The notes under the pieces: model-generated
Databases searched by the model: none
The model's input: the letters and a program-made list of their open reading frames with translations, nothing else
What the model was told of the DNA's origin: nothing
NCBI RefSeq assembly: GCF_004010195.1
Contig: NC_057758.1
Coordinates: forward strand, 4,259,104 to 4,311,365
Length of the DNA: 52,262 nucleotides
Direction of reading: 5' to 3'
Source of the DNA: Chiloscyllium plagiosum
Taxonomy: Eukaryota
Made by a program: the position numbers and the translations under genes
In this document: piece by piece, positions 38,301 to 48,327 of the stretch
Position numbering within the stretch: the stretch's first letter is position 1
Layout of the letters: each line of letters starts with the position of its first letter

Positions 38301-39515
38301 GGTCAGGCCAAACATCAGAATATTGCGTACAATTCTGTTCAACACATTTACAGGAAGAATTTAAAAGACTTGGAAAGGGTGCACAAGAGTTTCGTTCCAG
38401 GAAGCTACCTTCATTAGAGGGCATGGGCTATAAGGATACCCTGAAAACTTCTCTGCAACAGCGGAGGATAGAAGAAAAAAATCATGACATGTTTGTAAAA
38501 GGCTGACGGTCAGTAACGTCGTCGCTGAGTTGAAATGTCTAAAACTAGCGAACATGCGTTAAAGGCGAGGGGGAAAGCTTCAAAGAAATATGAGGTGCAA
38601 GTTGCTTTACACAGAGGGTGTCAGGAGTCTGTAACGCGATGTCGGGGCCCCAAGGCAAGTCTCAGACAGCAGTGGTGGAGGCAGGTCTCTGGCAAGTCCC
38701 GGGCAGGCCCTCGGTTGCAGCGGCGGGGGGCAGGCCTGTCGGGGAGGGTCCCCAAGGCAAGTCCCAGGCAGCCCCAAAATTAAGTCCCAGGCAGCAGCAG
38801 TGGAGGTGGGCCTCCAACAACAGCAGCAGCGGTGGAGGTCCTGGGAGGGGCCCCAACGCAAGTCCCAGGCAGCAGCAGTGAGGCAGGCCCCAAGCAGCAA
38901 CAGCCGAGGCAGGTCCGGGCGGGCCCCAGAGACCAGCAGCGGCGAGGTGCAGGCTGCAGCTCCAAAAGCAGGAGCCAGACCAAAAAGCTCTCACCTCCTG
39001 CCTCTGCCCCCTCCTCTTCCTCTTCTTCCTTTCTTTCTTCCTTCCTTCCTTCCTTCGTTCCTTCCTTCCTTCCTTCCTTTCTTTCTTCATTCCTTTCTTT
39101 CTTTCTTTCTTTCTATCTTCCTTTCTTCCTTTCAGTCTTCTTTTCTTCCTTCCTTATTTTCTTTCTTTCTTTGGTCAGGCCAAACATCAGAATATTGCGT
39201 ACAATTCTGTTCAACACATTTACAGGAAGAATTTAAAAGACTTGGAAAGGGTGTCCAAGAGTTTCTTTCCAGGAAGCTACCTTCATTAGAGGGCATGGGC
39301 TATAAGGATACCCTGAAAACTTCTCTGCAACAGCGGAGGATAGAAGAAAAAAATCATGACATGTATGTAAAAGGCTGACGGTCAGTAACGTCTTCGCTGA
39401 GTTGAAATGTCTAAAACTAGCGAACATGCGTTAAAGGCGAGGGGGAAAGCTTCAAAGAAATATGAGGTGCAAGTTGCTTTACACAGAGGGTGTCAGGAGT
39501 GTGTAACGCGATGTC
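38155..39515 (+). repeat. Direct duplication (about 490 bp: 38155-38643 and 39023-39515) of TTCC tract plus CR1 fragment, flanking a GC-rich insert
   Basis: Both copies read ...ggtcaggccaaacatcagaatattgcgtac...gtaacgcgatgtc; ORF ends WSGQTSEYCVQFCSTH...VKG occur twice. Confidence 0.93.
38644..39022. repeat. GC-rich internally repetitive insert of unknown origin
   Basis: Recurrent motifs ggccccaa-ggcaagtcccaggcagcagcag. Confidence 0.75.
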
Positions 39516-39787
39516 AGGGGTGGTGATGGATCCAGGTACCACTGAGGATATTCTGGAACACTTTGATCAACATATGAAAGCAGGAAGAAGCGATGAGTGT
39601 ATTTTGATGTCATGTTCAGCGCAAAGTCATATGCTGAAGGACGCATTCCAGTGCTGTGAGTTTCCATTGTCTAGCAGTTTTTATCTTCTAAGAGATTCAT
39701 GCGATGTGATGCGTTCTCAAAAAAAAAAAGTCTGTTTCATGAAGTGGGGAAGCCAGCAGATTTCGGCATTGCATCAGCTTTACCATG

Positions 39788-40110
39788 AGCGAGCGAGTGA
39801 GTGAGTGAGTGAGAGAGAGAGAGAGTCGGAGAGAGACAGAATGAGAAACACACCCCGAAACACACAAGGAGAATCGGAGAGATGCATTAACGCAGAAACT
39901 TAAACACAGGCACGTGCAGAAACAATCCCAGATGCACATACATGCACACTGACGAGCACACGTGCACACACACACACACACACACACACATAAACACATA
40001 ATGACAGACGTATACGTCATGGCAAACACACAAAAGCAGACACACATTCTAATATACAGATAGAGAGAGACATAGCCAGCAACAGGTCGAGAATCATGGA
40101 TATGCATACA
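39788..40110. repeat. (GAGT)n, (GA)n and (CA)n microsatellites
   Basis: Visible runs. Confidence 0.85.
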
Positions 40111-40234
40111 TGTGCTTTGAGTGGCTAAATGCAGAGCAGATTCGATATAATGTCGATAAATATGAGGGTAACAAATTTGGTTGCAAAATGAGGAAGGCCG
40201 ATTATGATCTGAGTGACTTGAAATTTTGAGATTG

Positions 40235-40670
40235 GATTGTTCAGTGAGAGTGTGGGTTTTTTGTGTTCAGTATGGGGTCACTGTGGGGCCTGTGTTCAGA
40301 GTAGAGTCAATGTGGAGCAATGTGGTCAGTGTGCGTTTAGTGTGTTTGATGTGGGTCCGTATGTGTTCACTGTGGGGTTCGTATGTCCAGTATATGATCT
40401 GCATGTTCAGAGTGGAGTCTGTGTGGTCAGTGTGGGTGATGTGTATTCAGAATGGGGTATATGTGTGAAGTGTGAGGTCAATGTGAGGCCTATATGTTCA
40501 CTGTGGACTTCGTGTTTTCAGTGTGAGGTCTGTGTCTTCAGTGTTGAGTCTCTGTGTTCAGAATAAGGCAAGTGTGCATGCAGGTTCTGGTCAGCGTATA
40601 CAGTGCGGGTGTGCCTGTGTTCAGTGTGTGGTTAGTGTGATCAGTGTGGGCATCTCTGTGTTCAATGTCG
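40235..40670. repeat. Degenerate 20-bp minisatellite (consensus about GTTCAGTGTGGGGTCTGTGT), followed by (GA)n at 40680-40708
   Basis: Consecutive 20-mers gttcactgtggggttcgtat / gtccagtatatgatctgcat / gttcagagtggagtctgtgt / ggtcagtgtgggtgatgtgt / attcagaatggggtatatgt. Confidence 0.8.
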
Positions 40671-40677
40671 GGGCGGT

Positions 40678-40715
<38 letters not shown>

Positions 40716-41135
40716 TGGAGAGAGCCTTCTGAAACCCGAATACGCCCTCTAATCCCCCTCCACTTCAATGGTCCTGTCCTGCCTTTAGGGAGAGAATACA
40801 TTCAATCAATCTGCATCACTATGGCTGCACCACAAAATACGCATGAATTTCGACACAGGTGAGTAAATGGTCCGTTTTTGTTTATTAGGGATCCTGGTGG
40901 TGTCGGGTTATTGGGAATTGCCATACGTCAAAAGGTGCCATCACATAAATGCCTGAATTGATTATGCCAGCCAGAAGCTGCGACGTCGTTGTGTTAGCTG
41001 ACACCGACCCGTAAAACAGTTCGTCTCATCTGGCAACACGTGGAGCGCGGATGCAGCCGTGTGTGGCTGGGAATTGTTCTGGTCGGCACAGAGGTCTGGC
41101 GCAGTTCCATCCCAGGCTTTAAAAACCCAGTGTCA

Positions 41136-41635
41136 NNNNNNNNNNNNNNNNNNNNNNNNNNNNNNNNNNNNNNNNNNNNNNNNNNNNNNNNNNNNNNNNN
41201 NNNNNNNNNNNNNNNNNNNNNNNNNNNNNNNNNNNNNNNNNNNNNNNNNNNNNNNNNNNNNNNNNNNNNNNNNNNNNNNNNNNNNNNNNNNNNNNNNNNN
41301 NNNNNNNNNNNNNNNNNNNNNNNNNNNNNNNNNNNNNNNNNNNNNNNNNNNNNNNNNNNNNNNNNNNNNNNNNNNNNNNNNNNNNNNNNNNNNNNNNNNN
41401 NNNNNNNNNNNNNNNNNNNNNNNNNNNNNNNNNNNNNNNNNNNNNNNNNNNNNNNNNNNNNNNNNNNNNNNNNNNNNNNNNNNNNNNNNNNNNNNNNNNN
41501 NNNNNNNNNNNNNNNNNNNNNNNNNNNNNNNNNNNNNNNNNNNNNNNNNNNNNNNNNNNNNNNNNNNNNNNNNNNNNNNNNNNNNNNNNNNNNNNNNNNN
41601 NNNNNNNNNNNNNNNNNNNNNNNNNNNNNNNNNNN
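41136..41635. other. Assembly gap (500 N) at the inner end of arm B'
   Basis: N run of round size. Confidence 0.99.
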
Positions 41636-44600
41636 GGCTGAGTTTGCTGGAAACAAGGAATGTGGTCAGTAAGCTCGAGGGGAATGTTGACCCAGGCGCT
41701 CGTAATTTGGGTTTCTTGAAATGTGCTTCAGTCCTGAATGTGTAAATGACGGTATAGCTTCTGAGAAGCGTGAAAAATGATCATTTAGAGAGTAACAAAT
41801 GTGAGCATTTTCGAATGAAGTTGTGTAAGCCCCAGATTTCGGAAATGCGTTCATTCTGTTTCACTAACCAAACGCAAAAGAACGAAAAGTAAACATCCTC
41901 CGGTTTTGTGAGGTATCATTTGGTGTTAATTACTATCCGGTCGAGGTGACAATCGAATTTCTTCACCATATCCTAATTCCGACTGTCCCTTTTCTCCTGA
42001 TTTTATTTCACCATGTTTTCACTGTCAGACACATTTAGAGAAGAGGTTATGCGGTTGTTGGGGGTTGGGAACATGAGCTCCTTCTTGCTGTCCGTGTGCT
42101 ATAGACTGACCCATAATCAACTGCAGAGGTAGAAATTCTAGGATCTGAACTGGGCGATATTTAAGGAATAACTGATATATTTCCAAGTCACGATGGTGAG
42201 TGGCTTGGAGTACAATTTGAAATGCTCCTTTGTGTCTACCACCCTTGTCCTTCTAGATGGAAGTGAACATGCGTTTATAACGTATTGTCTATTATCCCTC
42301 TACTCATACTTCAGAGAGATGGTAACGGTGCATTTCGATTTTCTCTCAACAGTGAATCTATGAAGCTGGCTGGTATGGAGCTGACAGTAATGACCATGTC
42401 TCTGCTATTTCTGACCGTTGCCAACCGATAGCAACATGGTTCACAATCGTCACAATCGGAAATTAGACAAATATTGCAGGATGTTAGCAATGCAGTGATC
42501 AACTGTTTTGACGTTTCAAAAAGAGTGAGTTGTGTTTCATGGAGATGAGCACAATCTCGACGGGCCCAGGCTATAGAGACTGAAGGTGCCCAACTATTTC
42601 ACCTCCCCCTATGATGTGCCCAATGTGGGTCTCCTCCAAATCCTAATCAAGGCCACCCACAAACTGAAGGAAGCACATGTCATTTTCCACCTCGGGGAAC
42701 TACATGCACATGGCATCAACACAGACTTCACTAGTTTCCCAATCGTCACTCCCATTATTCATTTCTCAGTCCGCCTCTCCACTCCCCAGAATTGTTGAAG
42801 TGTCCTGCCCAAAACGTCAACCCTGCTGGTCCTTGGGTGCTGCCTGGCCTTCTATGCGTTCCCAATGCCACATTTCATGGTCTCTGCACCATCATCAAGA
42901 ATCTAAAAACTAAGAACTGGACAGTTCTCATCCTTTGCTGATTTTCTGCTGCTGTATAATCTATTTGGAAGATGAAATGTCCTCAATTGATAACGCAGGC
43001 TCTCCTGTCGTTAATAACTGTGAAAAAAACAAAACACGGATTTAATCCATGATGCACATGGGAGACATTTCATTCATGACTCAAACTGTAACATGCACAA
43101 CTGTAGACTCAAATGTAGCACCGACCACATGCACTGACATATATACACACACGAAGTCACCAATGCACAGTAACACATGAATGTTCGCACAGACACTGCA
43201 GACAAACATACCGAAATGCTCAAGCAAACAGAGATACATCTTCAGTTCTGTATTATAGATAGTGTGGGATAAGTGATGTTTGGTCTTATTCCTTATGATC
43301 TTTATCTCAGCTGATGCCCAAACGGAATCTACATTGTTGACATAATTCGGATAGTAAAATCGGCAAACCAGTGACCCAACCTCAACATTGCCACAATAGC
43401 AATAACACGACGGTTGAAAGTTAAAGCATTGTTCGCAGATTTAATAGATAGAACAGGACAAGGATGAGACAAGGAAAGCAACTGCGAAACAAAAGTAGAG
43501 CGATTTCGTGAAATACAGTGGATAGCGCAAGCGGGAGATAAACCCACGGTGTCTTAGAATGTTAGATAGACGTGAAATAACAAATTAGTGATGCCAATGT
43601 TTTATTCAGGGGGATAAGAGTTGCAGTTTTCACACAGTAAACTCCCAAGTTTAGCAGTGAAGTATTTGCTGGTCTGGTCGAGAGGTTTTAATATTCGTGC
43701 CAGAGTACTGGAGGGAAATCTCGCGGTCTGCTTCTCGGCAGTGTTTGAGGTTGGGTGAGATTCAGTCACTGGTCGAGATGCACTGATGGGAACTGCGAAA
43801 AGGCTGATTTGAGGAATATGGAAATCGCTTTCAAGTTTGGTTAACTACAACATGCCATGACAACGAGAGCTGGAAGCTCACTCAGTCATACAATATAACC
43901 CTTGAAGTCGATCCGTGACCAGAAAGGAAAGTCACAGCAGATCCAGCAGAAAAAAAGACAAGGGACAATATCACATAGCTCTTTCAAAGATTCAAACGCA
44001 TCATTCTCAGTAGAAATTCAACGAGTTTAAAGACAGACTCTACCTGCTATCCCCTGTCAACAATTGACCGAAATGCGAGCAGCCATTGTTCATTTCATAG
44101 AAAGCATTGGCACCATTTTAAAGTTGGCTTTCTGCTTCCTTGGTTTGATGAGGAGACGTGCGAGATGATGGAGGGGACAGTCGCAAGCACTTTGGGACGA
44201 GTGACCATAGTTCTATTGATTTTTGTAATAGTCATAGAGAGGGGCAAAACTGCTTCACAGTTAAAGTTCTAAATTGGGGAAAGGTGGATTTTAATGTAAT
44301 TAGACAGGAGCTTGTAGAAGTTGATTGGAATATTTTATTGCAAGCAAAGTGATCTGCGGCAAGTGGGAGGACTTTAAAACTGAGACAGTTCAAATTCAAG
44401 GTCCACGTGTTCCTGTGCGGCTGAAGGGTAATTTGGGCAGGAATATGGAATCCTGGATGACAAGTGATATTATTGTTTTGAACAGAAACGACGGGTGTAC
44501 AGCTCAGGTACAGGCACCTGGAATCAAGGGAATCTCTGAAGATATATAGGGAATACAGGAATTCACTGAGGAAGAAAATCAGTGTGGTGAAAAGCGGGGC

Positions 44601-45213
44601 ACGAGATAGCATTGGCTGAGATGATCAGGGGGAGTCCAAAGAGGTGGATTAAGTATACTCAAGGAAAAACAAAAACTAGAGAGAAGAGATGTCCCCTGAA
44701 GTAACAAAGTAATAATGCATATGGAGATGAGCAGGAAATGGGCAAGTTCCTCCATGATCATTTATCCTCTGCGTTTATCATGGAATAAGATATCCAGACT
44801 TAGGAACTTGGGGATGTTTTCGTGATATCCTGGGTAAAGCCCACATCACAGTAGAGGTTATTTTGAATGTATTAGAAGTTATTAAAATGGAATGATCTCC
44901 TAGTTCTGAACAGATATATCCAAGAGCACAGTGCAGCTCTTCAACACTCTTTGCGCCGTTCTGTGAAACCAATCTGAAGCTCATCTGACTGTCATTATTC
45001 CATTGTCACCCATTGTTTATCCAATGACAGTTAAATGCCCTTAACGTTTGTGAGTCGACGACTGTTGCAGGGAGGGCGTTCCAGGCTCTTACTACTCTCT
45101 GACTATAAAAGCCTACATCTCACATCTGTCCTACGTCTATCATCTCTCAATTTGTAAGTTATGTCCCCCCGTGCGAGCCATCATCATTCGAGGAAAGGGA
45201 CTCTCACTATCCA

Positions 45214-45581
45214 GTTAAAAACAATGACTGCAGATGCTGAAAACCAGATTCTGGATCAGTGGTGCTGGAAGAGCACAGCAATTCAGGCAGCATCCGAGGA
45301 CAGGCAAAATCGACGTTTCGGGCAAAAGCCCTTCATCAGGAATAAAGGCAGAGAGCCTGACGCAGTAGGGTTAAAATCAACGAGGTAAAAACAATGACTG
45401 CAGATGGTGGAAACCAGATTCTGGATCAGATGGAACAAAATGCCATCCCGTATTCCCAATTCCTCCGCCTCCGCCGTATCTGCTCCCAGGAGGAGCGGTT
45501 CCACCATAGAACACACCAGATGGCCTCCTTCTTTAGAGACCGCAATTTCCGTTCCCACGTGGTTAAAGATGCCCTCCAACG
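45214..45581. mobile_element. Rearranged PLE fragment: antisense pLTR pieces joined to a sense ORF piece
   Basis: aaaaacaatgactgcagatg...ccagattctggatcag occurs twice (antisense pLTR), then sense NAIPYSQFLRLRRICSQE..F......MASFFRDRNF. Confidence 0.9.
45312..45339 (-). ncRNA. Minimal type I hammerhead ribozyme core (PLE-type)
   Basis: Minus strand CUGAUGA-A-GGGC-UUUU-GCCC-GAAA-CG-UC: intact catalytic boxes, perfect 4-bp stem II, palindromic ACGU in place of stem III. Confidence 0.75.
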
Positions 45582-46167
45582 TTTAAAACTGAGACAGTTC
45601 AAATTCAAGGTCCACGTGTTCCTGTGCGGCTGAAGGGTAATTTGGGCAGGAATATGGAATCCTGGATGACAAGTGATATTATTGTTTTGAACAGAAACGA
45701 CGGGTGTATAGCTCAGGTACAGGCACCTGGGATCAAGGGAATCTCTGAAGATATATAGGGAATATAGGAATTCACTGAGGAAGAAAATCAGAGTGGTGAC
45801 AAGCAGGGCACGAGATAGCATTGGCTGAGATGATCAGGGGGAGTCCAAAGAGGTGGATTAAGTATTCTCAAGGAAAAACAAAAACTAGAGAGAAGAGATG
45901 TCCCCTGAAGTAACAAAGTAATAATGCATATGGAGATGAGCAGGAAATGGGGCAAGTTCCTCCATGATCATTTATCCTCTGCGTTTATCATGGAATACGA
46001 TATCAAGACTTAGGAACTTGGGGATGTTTTCGTGATATCCTGGGGAAAGCCCACATCACAGTAGAGGTTATTTTGAATGTATTAGAAGTTATTAAAATGG
46101 AATGATCTCCTAGTTCTGAACAGATATATCCAAGAGCACAGTGCAGCTCGTCAACACTCTTTGCGCC

Positions 46168-48327
46168 GTTCTGTGAAACCAATCTGAAGCTCATCTGACT
46201 GTCATTATTCCATTGTCATCCATTGTTTATCCAATGACAGTCAAATGCCCTTCACGTTTGTGAGTCGACGACTGTTGCAGGGAGGGCGTTCCAGGCCCTT
46301 ACTACTCTCTGACTATAAAAGCCTACACCTCACATCTGTCCTACGTCTATCATCTCTCAATTTGTAAGTTATGTCCCCCCGTGCTAGCCATCATCATTCG
46401 AGGAAAGGGACTCTCACTATCCAACCTATCCATCCTCTGACCATCTTTTATGCCTCAATTACATGACCTCTCTGTATTCTCTCTAACGAAAGCAGCCTCA
46501 AGGACCATAGCCTTTCCTCTTCAGATCTTCCTTCCATATCAGGCAACATCCTGGTAAATGTCCCCTGCGCCCTTTCCAAATCTCACACATCATTTCTCTC
46601 ATGCAGCAACCAGAACTGCATGCAGTACTCCAAGTGAAGCTGCACCAGTGACTCGTGCAGCAACATGATCTGATTGCATCGAAACTCAACCCCTCACCTA
46701 TAAAAGCAAACACACTATACAATATCTTGATATCCCTATCAACCTGTGTGGCATCGATCAGGGGTATGTGTACATGCTCACTGAAATCTCTGTGCTCATC
46801 CACACTCCCAAGAATCTTACCATGCACACTTCTCCGCCTGAACGTCTATTTACCACCTGTCAGCCGAGTTCTGCAGCTTGCCATTGTCGGTCTGGAACCT
46901 GCAACATCTTATTGGCACTGACCACAACTCCACTGACTTTAGTGTCACCCGCAAATTCATTAAACCATCTTTCTACACTCTCACCCAGTTCCTTCAATAC
47001 AAATGACAAACAGCACCTGTTCCAAAACAGATCTTTGCGGTATACCGCTAGTAAATGTTCATATCCCATCAAAGAAAGCCCCTTCTGTCTTCTTTCAGCG
47101 AGCCAATCTCTGATCCAAACTGGTAAACCACACTCAATCCTATGCCTCCATATGTTGTGCAATAGCTTGTCACGGTGAACCTTATCAATCGCCTTACTGA
47201 AACTATATACACTGCATTATAACTTTACCCGAATCCACCTGTTTGGTTACCTTCTGAAACAACTCAGTAAGGTTTTTGAGGCACGACGTACCCTTTTCAA
47301 AACCGTGTTGACAAGCCCAAATCAAATTGTTCCTTGCCAGATGGTTTTAAATCATATCTATCGTAATCCCTTCCAATACGTTTCTCGCAATTGAAGACAG
47401 TTAATGTCCAGGGTTTATCTCTACTTCCGTTCTTGAACCTGGGGACAACATTTGGTCTCCTCCAGTCTTCTGCCACTATTCCTGTAGTCAATGAGGACAG
47501 AAAGATCAAAGCCAAATGTCCTGCAATCCCCTCCCTAACCCTCCAGAGAATATGTGATCAAATCCCATTCGGTCTAAGGGAAATAATTGTTTTCACAACT
47601 TACAGAATTGCTCCCACCTCCCCCTTCTGAACCTCAATCCTGTCTCATTTAATATCTTGTCTCTCAGTATTCTCCTTGCCTACATTGTCTATTTCCAGTG
47701 TAAATACAGACGAGAAATATTCTTTTCACGCCTGTCGTATCTCCTCAAACTCCACATGCACCTTCCAAGGGCTACTCTTGACGTCCCCTTATATAAACCT
47801 TGCCATTCTTTTATCCCTGACATAGCTATACAAAGCATAACGGGTTGTCTTGATCTGACCTGCCAAAGATTCTCTTGGCCTCTCATGTCACTGCTTAGCT
47901 CTCTTTTTAGGTCGTTCCTGGATAACTTATAATTTTTTAGCGCCATCACTGAGCATTTACGCGCCATCTTTCTTGGAGCCTCCTTCTTCCTCTTGATAAC
48001 AGATTCAACTGCTTTAGTCAACAACGTCGCCCTCGCTCAACCCTTTCCTCCCTGCCTGACAGGGACTTACTTATCAAGAACACTCAGTACCTGCTCCTTA
48101 ATTAAGCTCCACTTTTCAATGGTGCCCATTATCTTCCGTTTGTTTCACTAAATCTTGCCTAATTGCATCATAAGTGCCTTTTCCCCAGCTATATCCCACA
48201 CCATGCAGTATATACATCTCCCTTTCCATGACGATAGGAAACACAACCGAATTGTGGTCACTATCACCAAATTGCTTAGCTACCTTCAAAACTAACACCC
48301 GGCCTGTTTCATTAGCCGATAACAAAT
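46168..48327 (-). mobile_element. Decayed CR1 ORF2 to 3'UTR; present in B' but internally deleted in B
   Basis: KQFGDSDHNSV, AEDWRRPNVVPRFKNG, NEFAGDTKVSGVV, ILGSVDEHRD; antisense 3'UTR ccaatctgaagc. Confidence 0.85.

Larger units (their letters stand above)
44373..46423 (+). repeat. Direct duplication (44373-45213 and 45582-46423) flanking a PLE fragment
   Basis: Both copies start tttaaaactgagacagttc and end ggactctcactatcca, with a few substitutions between them. Confidence 0.95.

Noticed and set aside
37916..39378. Long ORFs rich in F/L/S/P or K/E/R (37916..38506, 38800..39378, 38662..39090)
   Set aside because: Read-through of (TTCC)n microsatellite, GC-rich repeat and CR1 remnants; not genes.
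40235..40670. Regularly spaced gttcag repeats considered as a CRISPR-like array
   Set aside because: Contiguous degenerate tandem units with no unique spacers, in vertebrate-type DNA with no cas genes.
5548..41745. Long ORFs in the track containing X runs (e.g. 35564..36712, 8616..9146, 41059..41745)
   Set aside because: Artefacts of translating N gaps.
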